Assembly (NCBI GenBank): GCA_963848295.1
Contig: CAWKDB010000002.1
Coordinates: 832,001-896,000 of the forward strand
DNA length: 64,000 nucleotides
Reading direction: 5' to 3'
Origin: an uncultured delta proteobacterium
Lineage (GTDB): Bacteria > Myxococcota_A > Polyangia > Haliangiales > Haliangiaceae
The notes under the pieces: generated by a model
Database searches by the model: none
The model's input: the letters and a program-made list of their open reading frames with translations, nothing else
Told to the model about the DNA's origin: nothing
Position numbers and translations under genes: made by a program
Part shown: one piece after another, positions 55,485 through 64,000 of the stretch
Numbering within the stretch: position 1 is the stretch's first letter
How the letters are laid out: each line of letters begins with the position of its first letter

Positions 55485-56273
55485 ATGGGTGGTCACGCCG
55501 GCAAGGTGAAGCCTCCGCGGCGCAACTCTGTGGTCTCCGCGTCCCCCGAAAAGGTTGCCTCGATCAGCGCGCGCCTCGCCGAATTGTGGCCGGACGCACA
55601 CGTCGAGCTCGACCATCGCAACGCCTACGAGCTGCTGGTCGCGACGATCCTCGCCGCGCAGTCGAGCGACCGCCAGATCAACACGATCACGCCGGCGCTG
55701 TTCGCGAGATACCCCGACGCGGCCGCGCTCGCCGCCGCCGAGCCGGCCGAGCTCGAGCCCATGATCTTTTCGAGCGGATTCTACCGGATGAAGGCCAAGA
55801 GCCTGCTCGGCATGGCGCGCGCGGTGGTCGAGAGGTTCGGCGGCGAGATCCCGCGCACGATGGCACAGCTCGTCGAGCTGCCCGGGGTCGGACGCAAGAC
55901 CGCGAACGTCGTGCTCGGCAGCGCGTTCGGCGTCAACGAAGGCATCGTCGTCGATCTGCACGTCGCGAGGGTCGCGCCGCGCCTCGGGCTGACCGCCGAG
56001 ACCGATCCGGTCAAGATCGAGCGCGATCTGATGGCGGTGATCCCACGCGCCGACTGGTCGGTGTTCGCGCATCGCTTGATCTGGCACGGCCGACGCGTGT
56101 GCTTCCCGAGCGAGCCCGATTGCGAGCACTGCGGGCTCGCGCCGTTGTGTCCGAGCGCGTTCGCCGCGCCCGCGTCGCCGAACGCGAGCGCGCGCCTCGC
56201 GAAACCGAGATCGATCCCCAAGACCAAACCGAAGCCGAAGCCTTCGAAGGCCAAGCCGAAGCGGCGGTCATGA
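55485..56273 (+). CDS. nth: Endonuclease III
   Basis: ELLVATILAAQSSD, GFYRMKAK, LPGVGRKTANVV, VDLHV, C-x6-C-x2-C-x5-C. Confidence 0.95.
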   Translation: MGGHAGKVKPPRRNSVVSASPEKVASISARLAELWPDAHVELDHRNAYELLVATILAAQSSDRQINTITPALFARYPDAAALAAAEPAELEPMIFSSGFYRMKAKSLLGMARAVVERFGGEIPRTMAQLVELPGVGRKTANVVLGSAFGVNEGIVVDLHVARVAPRLGLTAETDPVKIERDLMAVIPRADWSVFAHRLIWHGRRVCFPSEPDCEHCGLAPLCPSAFAAPASPNASARLAKPRSIPKTKPKPKPSKAKPKRRS

Positions 56274-56665
56274 TCCGCGCGGTCAGCGCCGCGATCTTCG
56301 ACGCGGCCGGGCGGGTGTTGCTCGTCGAGCGCGGCCGACCGCCCGGCGCCGGGTCGTGGTCGCTGCCCGGCGGCAAGTGCGAGCCCGGCGAGGCCTTGCC
56401 AGCTGCGATCGCGCGCGAGGTGCGCGAGGAGACCGGCCTCGTGATCGAGCCCGGCGCGATGCTCGAAGTACGCGAGGTCGCGGCCGGCGACGTGCGCTAC
56501 GCGATCCACGTGTTCACCGCCCGCGCGATCGCGGGCGCGCTCGCCGCCGGCTCCGACGTGCGCGCCGCTCGGTTCGTCACCGACGACGAGCTCGCGGCCT
56601 TGCCGACCACCGACGGGCTCGCCGGCGTCGTCACTCGCGCCCGCGCCGCGGGTGGTGCTACATAG
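56270..56665 (+). CDS. NUDIX hydrolase
   Basis: WSLPGGKCEPGEALPAAIAREVREETGL Nudix box; ATGA overlap with nth. Confidence 0.9.
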   Translation: MIRAVSAAIFDAAGRVLLVERGRPPGAGSWSLPGGKCEPGEALPAAIAREVREETGLVIEPGAMLEVREVAAGDVRYAIHVFTARAIAGALAAGSDVRAARFVTDDELAALPTTDGLAGVVTRARAAGGAT

Positions 56666-56670
56666 CCGCG

Positions 56671-57871
56671 GTGGTGACCTCGCTGCCGCTCGCTCCGACC
56701 GCCGTCCGCAGGGCAGACGTGCCGGACGTGCAGTGGCGCGATTGGCGCTGGCAGCTCGGTCATATGCTGACGACCGCGGACGACCTCGCGCGCGTCATCG
56801 ACCTCGCGCCGGCGGAGCGCGCCGGGCTCGCCGCTTCGGCGCGGCTGTTTCGCACCGGCACGACGCCGTACTACGCGAGCCTCATGGATCCGGTGAACCC
56901 GAGCTGCCCGATCCGGATGCAGGCGATCCCGAACGTCGCCGAGGCGGCGATCCGCGACGAGGAGCTGCGCGATCCGCTCGGCGAGGACAGCCACAACCCG
57001 GCGCCGTCGGTCGTCCACAAGTATCCCGATCGCGTGCTGTTCCTCGTCGTCGATCGCTGCGGCATCTATTGTCGCCATTGCAATCGCCGCCGGCTCGTCG
57101 GCGGTGACGACCCACCGACCACCGCCGAGCTCGAAGCCGGGCTCGACTACATCGCGCGGACGCCGCGGATCCGCGACGTGCTGCTGTCCGGCGGCGATCC
57201 GCTGTTGCTGTCGACGCGCCGGCTCGATTATCTGCTCGGCCGGCTACGCGCGATCCGCCACGTCGAGACGATCCGGATCGGCACCCGGCTGCCGGTGGTC
57301 TGCCCGATGCGGATCGATGACGAGCTGTGCTCGGCGCTGCGCAAGCATCACCCGCTGTTCATCAACACCCACTTCAATCACGCCAAGGAGCTGTCGCCGG
57401 AGGCGCGCGCCGGCTGCGAGCGCCTGGTCGATGCCGGCATCCCGGTCGGCAATCAGACGGTGCTGTTGCGCGGGGTGAACTCGTCGGTGCGGTCGCTGCG
57501 CGCCTTGATGCGAGCGCTGCTCCGCTCGCGGATCAAGCCGTACTACTTGTTCCAGGGCGACACGGTGATCGGCACCGATCACCTGCGCACGCCGGTCGAG
57601 ACCGCGATGGAGCTGTACCAGGGTCTGCGCGGCTACATGAACGGCATGGCCGTGCCGATGCTCGTGCTCGACGCGCCGGGCGGCGGCGGCAAGGTGCCGA
57701 TCGTGCCGAGCTATATCGACGATCTCGACGAGTCGCGCGTGCTGGTCCGGACCTACCGCGGCGAGCAGATCGAGTATCCGCAGCCGAAGCGAGCGCGACT
57801 GCGCGGTCGCGTACGACGACGTCTACTTCGCCGGCGAGCCAATGGACGATGACCGCGAAGGCTCGCGATGA
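56671..57871 (+). CDS. KamA-family radical SAM enzyme (lysine 2,3-aminomutase-like); apparent +1 frameshift near 57790
   Basis: DPLGED, HKYPDRVL, CGIYCRHC, LLSGGDPL, NQTVLLRGVN, DAPGGGGK. As given the ORF stops at 57852 after an Arg-rich tail; removing one base gives ERDCAVAYDDVYFAGEPMDDDREGSR to TGA 57871. Confidence 0.88.
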
Positions 57872-57872
57872 C

Positions 57873-57918
57873 GATCGTATACGTGCACGTGTCACGTGTC
57901 ACGTGCACGTCCACGATC
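57873..57918. repeat. ACGT-rich imperfect palindrome (REP-like), copy 2
   Basis: GATCGTATACGTGCACGTGTCACGTGTCACGTGCACGTCCACGATC. Confidence 0.7.
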
Positions 57919-57947
57919 CGAAGCTCACGCGCGTTCCGGATTTGACG

Positions 57948-59093
57948 GTGGACGTCATCGCGATCGCCCGCGAGCTCGGCTTTCACCGCGCCGCGATCGT
58001 CCCGATCGAGCCGCCGCGCCGGATCGAGCTGTACGCGAGCTGGCTCGCCGCTGGCCATCACGGCGACATGGCGTATCTCGCCGAGCCCGCGCACGTCGGT
58101 CCGCGCGGAGACCTGCGCGCGCTGCTGGACTCGGCGCAAGCCCTGATCGTCGTCGCGCTCGCCTACGATCGCGTCGATCCAATCGGGCCAGACGCGCCGA
58201 TCGCGCTGCGCGGCAAGATCGCGCGCTATGCCCGCGGCGACGACTATCACCTCGTGATGCGCGATCGCCTGGTCGCGCTCGCCGATCGGATCGCACGCGA
58301 GCTCGGCCGTCCGGTCGCGAGCCGGCCGTGCGTCGACTCCGCGCCCGTGCTCGAGCGCGCGTGGGCCGAACGCGGGGCCTTGGGCTTCGTCGCGAAGAAC
58401 ACGATGGTGATCGCGCCCGGGCTCGGCAGCTACATCGTGCTCGGCGAATTGCTCGTCGACGTCGAGCTGCCCGCGACCGCGCCGCTCGAACCGGCGAAGC
58501 CGCGGTGCGGTAGCTGTCGCGCGTGTCTCGATGCGTGCCCGACGCGCGCGTTCGTCGACGCCTACGTGCTCGACGCGCGGCGTTGCATCTCGTACCTCAC
58601 GATCGAGCACTACGGCGTCATCCCGCTCGAGCTGCGCGCCGCGATCGGCACGTGGATCTTCGGCTGCGATATCTGCCAGGAGGTCTGCCCGTTCAACGCC
58701 GGCGCCGGCGAGCCCGCCGATGCCGCGCTGCGCCCGCGGTCGCGCGAGCACGCCCTGCCCGATCTCGTCGCGCTCGCCGCGACCAACACGAACCAGCTGC
58801 GTCGGTTCGTCAAGCGCAGCGCCCTGCGCCGCGTGCCGCGCCCGGTGCTGTTGCGCAACGTCGCCGTCGCACTCGGCAACACCGGCGACCGCGCCGCGAT
58901 TCCGGCGCTGACCGGCCTCTTGCGCCACGCGTCCCCGCTGGTGCGACGACATGCCGCGTGGGCCCTGGGCCGGCTCGGCGCGCGCGCGGAGCTCGCGGAC
59001 CACGCCGACGACGACCCCGAGGTCGCGAGCGAGGTCGCCGCGGCGATCAGCCACTTGTCAGGGCCGGCCGGCGGTGGCATGGGTGAGCAGTGA
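57948..59093 (+). CDS. queG: tRNA epoxyqueuosine(34) reductase
   Basis: G.HGDM.YL, IARYARGDDYH, VDSAPVLER, CGSCRACLDACPT, CISYLTIE, FGCDICQEVCPFN, RNVAVALGN. Confidence 0.95.
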   Translation: MDVIAIARELGFHRAAIVPIEPPRRIELYASWLAAGHHGDMAYLAEPAHVGPRGDLRALLDSAQALIVVALAYDRVDPIGPDAPIALRGKIARYARGDDYHLVMRDRLVALADRIARELGRPVASRPCVDSAPVLERAWAERGALGFVAKNTMVIAPGLGSYIVLGELLVDVELPATAPLEPAKPRCGSCRACLDACPTRAFVDAYVLDARRCISYLTIEHYGVIPLELRAAIGTWIFGCDICQEVCPFNAGAGEPADAALRPRSREHALPDLVALAATNTNQLRRFVKRSALRRVPRPVLLRNVAVALGNTGDRAAIPALTGLLRHASPLVRRHAAWALGRLGARAELADHADDDPEVASEVAAAISHLSGPAGGGMGEQ

Positions 59094-59422
59094 TCCGGCT
59101 CGCGCTCGCTTTGCTGTGCGTCGCTGCCCTGGGCTGTAACCCGGCCGGCAACTCGACCGATGGACCGCAGGTGTTCGCGAACATCTGCGCGACTTGTCAC
59201 GGCCCGACCGGCAAGCCGAACGAGGTGATGATCGCGAAGCTCGGGGTCCACGACCTCACCGCGCCGGAGTTTCGCAAGCGCGTCACGCCGGAGCTCGTCG
59301 AGCACCAGATCCGCACCGGCTCGGCGAACAAGGCGATGCCCGCGCTCGGCGGCGCGCTGACCGACGCGCAGATCACCGCGGTCGCCGCGTTCGTCGCGAG
59401 CGAATCCTTCGTGAAGCACTAG
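59090..59422 (+). CDS. Monoheme c-type cytochrome (lipoprotein)
   Basis: ALGC lipobox, CATCHG heme motif, distal AMPA. Confidence 0.9.
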   Translation: MIRLALALLCVAALGCNPAGNSTDGPQVFANICATCHGPTGKPNEVMIAKLGVHDLTAPEFRKRVTPELVEHQIRTGSANKAMPALGGALTDAQITAVAAFVASESFVKH

Positions 59423-59478
59423 GACTGAACGAGGCGACGACGGGATCGGATTTGCCCCACGTGCTAGGCTTGCACCCC

Positions 59479-60351
59479 ATGAGATGGGTTCTTTGCACCG
59501 TCGCGCTGGCCGCATGTGGCGGGACTCAAGTCCCTACGCATAACGGCTACCGGAGCGACAAAGCCAAGCCGTGGAAGAGGGCCAAAGACCTCAAGTTCGA
59601 CGACAAGCAAGAAGCCAAAGTCGAAGGCGACCTGTCGTATCCCGATATGAGGCGCGCAGCGTGGTTCGCGGCCAATCTCTCGAGCAACTCGCAGCTCGAC
59701 CTCCGCGTCGAGATCACTCCGCCCGGCGATGCCACGAACGATGACTTCGATCTCGGGGTCGAGGTCTACGATCCGGAGTTGCGCGTGATCTCGCGCTCTG
59801 ATCTCGATGAAGGCAATGACGCGCACGAGCTCAACAAGACCAAGACGCTCGTCGATCTCGTCCCCGGCCGCTATCTGATCCATCTCTACCTGCAGGGTCG
59901 GCTCGATACCGCCGACTACGTGCTGCACGCCGCGTACAAGACCACCCCTGCGGCCGCCACGAAGAGTGACTTTCCGGCGCAAGTGCCGTTCCCCGAGCCG
60001 CTCGCGATGGTGCCGATCACCGACGACACCCCGAAGAACTACCGGCCGCAGGTCGTGGTCGTCACCCATCCCGGCCGACACCACGTGAAGGTGACGCCGA
60101 AGGTCGAGCCCCCACCCCCGCCGCAGCAAAAGCTCGCCCGGATCACCGGCATTCAAGTCACCGGCGCCGGAGTGCAGATCACGCTCGGCATCGGCACCGC
60201 GAGAGGTGGTGCGCCCGGCATGAAGGGCGTGGTTCGCGGCATCGGCAAGCCCTTTACGATCTCGTCGTGCACCGGCACGACGTGCACCGCGGTGGTCTCG
60301 GCCTCGCAAGCCGAGATGGCAAGCGCGAGCGTCGTCGAGCTTTCGCCGTAG
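59479..60351 (+). CDS. Hypothetical lipoprotein (PPC-like beta-sandwich, Pro-rich linker, small C-terminal beta domain)
   Basis: LAACGG lipobox; paralogous to the next gene. Confidence 0.75.
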   Translation: MRWVLCTVALAACGGTQVPTHNGYRSDKAKPWKRAKDLKFDDKQEAKVEGDLSYPDMRRAAWFAANLSSNSQLDLRVEITPPGDATNDDFDLGVEVYDPELRVISRSDLDEGNDAHELNKTKTLVDLVPGRYLIHLYLQGRLDTADYVLHAAYKTTPAAATKSDFPAQVPFPEPLAMVPITDDTPKNYRPQVVVVTHPGRHHVKVTPKVEPPPPPQQKLARITGIQVTGAGVQITLGIGTARGGAPGMKGVVRGIGKPFTISSCTGTTCTAVVSASQAEMASASVVELSP

Positions 60352-60394
60352 CCGGACCTTGAACGCTTGAAGCCCGGGCGGTAACATCACAGTT

Positions 60395-61456
60395 ATGCTC
60401 GGGAAATCGGCAGGGGCGCCGATCACAGCCTTGGCGCTAATCGCCGCGCTGTCGTGTGCCCATAACGTCGCTCAAGACTCTCGTTCCGGAGAGGACGGCA
60501 AGATCAAGGGCGCAAGAGCGATCCAGATGGATCAAGGCGAAGGCATCGCCAAGGGCGTCGTCACCTATCCGGGCGGCGATCGCGTCGACTGGAAGTCGGT
60601 GGAGCTGCCGGCCGACAAGCGCGGCGATCTGGAGATCAACCTCAAGTGGACACCGCCGCGCCCGGGGTTGCAGCTCGCGTTCGACGTGTTCGACCAATGG
60701 AACACACCGGTCGCCGAGTCGAAGAGGGTCGGCAAGAGGAGCCACGCTCGCGCACGCGACGTCACCTTGAACGACGCCCACGGCAAGTACTTCATCCGCG
60801 TCTATGCGGTGGGACGCGGAGACGCCGGCACGTACAAGCTCACGGTCGACTTCAAGGAGGTCAGCGGGCCGATGACGGTCGATCTGACGACGGTCGACAT
60901 CCCGGATCCGCCGCGGCTCGCGGCCCTGCCCGAGGTCGAGTTGCCGTGCGATCTGGACAAGTTCGATAAGGCGAACCCGGCGTGCAAGTCGCAGTGTCCC
61001 GATCCGCCGATCAAGGGCTGGCCCGGCTGCAGGAACGTTTGCCCGACACCGCCAGACGCGAACAACCCGGCGTGCTGGGCCACGATGGACTGCCCGGTGG
61101 GCCAGCCGCGCAAAGAGATCCGCAAGTGCAAGCCGAAGGACTGGCCGCCATGCGATCGCAAGCAACCGGATATGGACAACCCGAACTGCTTGGCACCTGT
61201 CCCGCCGGTGATCGGTCGCATCGTCTCGGACTCGGTCCAGGGCAGCAACGTGATCATCACGATCGGTGCCGGCACCGCGCTCGGCGTCCAGCCGAACTGG
61301 AAAGGCGTCGTGTTGCAGGGCTCGAGCGGAACCACGCCGCTCCCCGGCGGCGAAGTCTCGATCATCCGCGTCGGCGAGAGGCAAACCGTCGGCTCGGTTC
61401 ACCTCACCGTCGATCAGATCAATGCCAACGGACGCGTGAGGCTGTCACAGCCGTGA
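60395..61456 (+). CDS. Hypothetical lipoprotein, paralog of the previous gene, with a 10-Cys repeat linker
   Basis: ALSC lipobox, GVVTYPGGDRVDW, GKYFIRVYA, ITIGAGT..GV. Confidence 0.75.
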   Translation: MLGKSAGAPITALALIAALSCAHNVAQDSRSGEDGKIKGARAIQMDQGEGIAKGVVTYPGGDRVDWKSVELPADKRGDLEINLKWTPPRPGLQLAFDVFDQWNTPVAESKRVGKRSHARARDVTLNDAHGKYFIRVYAVGRGDAGTYKLTVDFKEVSGPMTVDLTTVDIPDPPRLAALPEVELPCDLDKFDKANPACKSQCPDPPIKGWPGCRNVCPTPPDANNPACWATMDCPVGQPRKEIRKCKPKDWPPCDRKQPDMDNPNCLAPVPPVIGRIVSDSVQGSNVIITIGAGTALGVQPNWKGVVLQGSSGTTPLPGGEVSIIRVGERQTVGSVHLTVDQINANGRVRLSQP

Positions 61457-61463
61457 GGCGGTC

Positions 61464-62949
61464 GTGAACCAAGATCCGTTCACCGGCCGGGTGATCGACG
61501 GCCGCTACGAGATCCAGCAACGCATCGGCGAAGGCGGGATGGGCGTCGTCTACAAGGCGCGCCAGATCTCGATCGATCGCGTCCTCGCGATCAAGTTCCT
61601 GAATGCCGCAGATGGCGCAGGATCCGAACTGGGTCCAGCGGTTCTACAACGAGGCCAAGGCGTGCTCGCGACTGCAGCATCCGAACACGATCCGGATGTT
61701 CGACTTCGGCCAGACCCAGGACGGCAAGCTGTTCATGACGATGGAGTTCCTCGACGGAATCTCCCTTCGCCAGGCGTTGTCGACGGGCCCGCTCGCTCCG
61801 CAGCGCGTGATGAAGATCCTGATCCAGTGCTGCGCGTCGCTCGCCGAAGCCCATTCGATCGGCATCATTCACCGCGACATCAAGCCGGACAACGTGTTCT
61901 TGCTCAACATGGCCGGGTCGCCGGACTTCGTGAAGCTGCTCGACTTCTCGGTCGCGAAGCTGCTCGAAGGCGATCGGATGAAGACCCAAGCGGGCGTCGT
62001 GTTCGGCACGCCGCAGTACATGTCGCCCGAGCAGGGTCGCGGCGCGGTGCTCGACGCGCGCAGCGATCTCTACGCGCTCGGCGTGCTCGCGTTCGAGATG
62101 CTGACCGGCAACGTGCCGTACAACGACGAAAACCCGATGACGGTGATCCAGATGCACCTCCACGGTCAGGTGCCACCGATGCCGGACTCGGTGCCGTACT
62201 CGGTCCAGAACATCGTGCGGCGCGCGATGGAGAAGGACGCAGGCCGGCGCTTTCAGTCGGCCGGCGAGATGATGCAGCAGTGCCAGCAAGTGTTCGCAGA
62301 GCTCAACTCCGGCAACGTCGCGGTCGGCGCCGGCGGCGTACCGCGGACCGTGTTCGCGTCGAGCCCGCAGCAGATGCAGGGTCAGCCCGCGCCAGGTCCG
62401 CAACAACAGCAACCGCAGCAACCGCCGCCACAAGGCGGCTACGTGCAGTCGGCGCCGCAAGCCAAGACGATGATGGCGATGGCGAGCCCGTTCGCGCAGG
62501 GCGGGCCCGGCCCGCAGATGATGCAGCCGGGAATGCAGCCGTCCGGGCTACAGGGCGGCCCGCCGCAAGGCGCGATGCAGAAGACGATGATCGCCGGCAT
62601 GCAGCCGCCTCAGATGGGGGCCGGCGGGCCGATGATGCAACCCCCGCCCGGACCCGGCGGTTATCCGGTGATGCCCCCCGGCGGTTATCCGCAGCCACCG
62701 CCGCAAGGCTATCCGCCGCAGGGTTATCCGCCGCAAGGCTATCCGCCGCAAGGCGGCTCCGGTCCGAACAAGACCGTGCTGCTGCAGCCGACCGACGGCA
62801 TCGTGTCGGTCGCGCGGACCGGGCCGGCGATGCAGGGTCCAGGGCGGCAAGTCTCGCAGGGCGCGTCGGGGCTGTTCTGGTTCGTCTGCCTGTTCATGGG
62901 CGTCGCGGTCGGCGTCCTCGCCTACGTCATCGTGCTCCAGCTGTCATGA
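61464..62949 (+). CDS. Ser/Thr protein kinase with Q/P/G-rich linker and C-terminal TM anchor; apparent +1 frameshift near 61606
   Basis: Frame 1: IDGRYEI...IGEGGMGVVYKARQ...LAIKFL; frame 2: RFYNEA...[26 protein letters not shown]. Confidence 0.88.
62698..62754 (+). repeat. 15-bp coding tandem repeat (PPQGY)n
   Basis: CCGCCGCARGGYTAT repeated about 3.8 times. Confidence 0.8.
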
Positions 62950-63626
62950 CCGACGACGATCAACCACCGAAGGATCCGGATCCGAAGGTCAAGGATCTGC
63001 TGTCCGCGTCCGACGTCGCGGATCTCCAGCGCTGGTTCGGCCTGCCTTCGTTCGAGCAACTCGGCGACGCCGCGCCGACCGCGCCGCCGACCGCCGCGCA
63101 CGATCCGGAGATGGCGGCCTCGATCGTGCGCCGCGACGCCGCTCTCGCCGCGGTCGATCCGCGATTACTCGAGGAGCTCGCCGTGCGCGAGAGCTCGCTC
63201 GCGCTCCCGACGATGCGGTTCGTACCGAACATCGAGCTCGCGCTGCGCGAGGATACGCCGCTGATCGACCTCGTCCGCGCCGAGCGCGGGGTGTCGGTGC
63301 TCGAGCCGCGAGAGGTCGAGATTCCCGACCAGCTGATCGAGGACCTCGGCGAGCGCACGCCGCAAGCCCTGTTGCGCGATCTGCATCGACCGGAGCTCGA
63401 GTTCATGAAGGAGTTCGAGATCATCGATCCGATCGCCGAGCTTCGCGTCGACGCGAGCGCCGAGGTCAAGCTCGCGATCGCGACCCGCTACGACGAGGGC
63501 ATGACGACGGTGCGCGTCCCAGCCGAAGCGCGAGCGCTGTTCAACGCCGCGATCGCGCAGCACATGTTTCGGTGGACCGACGTGCTCCAGACCCCGCTCG
63601 CGAACCGCCGGGTGAGCGAATCGTGA
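62946..63626 (+). CDS. Hypothetical protein
   Basis: ATGA overlap with the kinase stop; host-like codon usage. Confidence 0.7.
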   Translation: MTDDDQPPKDPDPKVKDLLSASDVADLQRWFGLPSFEQLGDAAPTAPPTAAHDPEMAASIVRRDAALAAVDPRLLEELAVRESSLALPTMRFVPNIELALREDTPLIDLVRAERGVSVLEPREVEIPDQLIEDLGERTPQALLRDLHRPELEFMKEFEIIDPIAELRVDASAEVKLAIATRYDEGMTTVRVPAEARALFNAAIAQHMFRWTDVLQTPLANRRVSES

Positions 63627-63696
63627 GGAAGCTCGGCATGAATTCGCGCGTAGATCCGTCATGCCGGGGGTGCAGCCACAGCGCTGGGGTGCCGCG

Positions 63697-64000
63697 ATGA
63701 GCGATGCGCGCGTCATCCCGGCCGAGCGCTTCCTGTTGCGCGCGGTCGGCCGCACCGATGTCGGCGCGCAGCGGACACAAAACGAAGACGCGATGTACTA
63801 CGACGACTTCCTCGGCGTGTACGTCGTCTGCGACGGCATGGGGGGGCACGCGTCGGGGCAGGTCGCCTCGGACATCGCGATCCGCACCATCGTCCATTCA
63901 CTCAAGACCGGCGATCCGCAACCACCTCCGGGTGTGGATCCGCTCGTCGTCGCGATGAAGGCGGCGAACGCCGCGGTCTATCAGCGCGGGCTCACCGATC
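63697..64000 (+). CDS. PP2C-family Ser/Thr phosphatase (partial, runs off the right edge)
   Basis: Manual translation: GRTDVGAQRTQNEDA...VVCDGMGGHASGQVAS. Confidence 0.9.
   Translation, partial: MSDARVIPAERFLLRAVGRTDVGAQRTQNEDAMYYDDFLGVYVVCDGMGGHASGQVASDIAIRTIVHSLKTGDPQPPPGVDPLVVAMKAANAAVYQRGLTD

Noticed and set aside
61464..63626. 720-aa ORF as a single fusion protein
   Set aside because: Artefact of the frameshift near 61606: it joins the kinase N-terminus, a shadow frame and the separate gene starting at 62946.

Overview
High-GC bacterial chromosomal window whose gene content (several Hanks-type Ser/Thr kinases, PP2C, PilZ, many small lipoproteins, LamG lipoprotein, mevalonate pathway) suggests Myxococcota; this is an inference. 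It holds about 60 genes: an SBP-histidine kinase-diguanylate cyclase module, a TatT-type TRAP (TPAT) transporter running into a UbiA/mevalonate/HpnC cluster, an Rhs fragment cut by an IS630, dacB, rarA, rubrerythrin-DUF3501, mrp/ribA/def/folB, a complete isc operon, rny, erpA-like, nth, a KamA-family enzyme, queG and kinase/phosphatase genes. I saw no tRNA, rRNA or CRISPR array. Two candidates for undescribed systems stand out. (1) At 28055-30018 are two back-to-back cassettes, each made of a hexamer repeat array, a ~230-nt hairpin leader and a four-helix-bundle (IVS/Avd-like) gene. The leaders share an ungapped 153-nt core, have outer stems that differ in sequence yet still pair, and both occlude the Shine-Dalgarno. 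(2) The isc operon is headed by a Cys-rich MerR-family regulator instead of IscR, with three SoxR-box-like operators: two at its own promoter and one at the separate erpA-like gene. Four genes carry apparent +1 frameshifts that are probably assembly errors, and many starts look leaderless.
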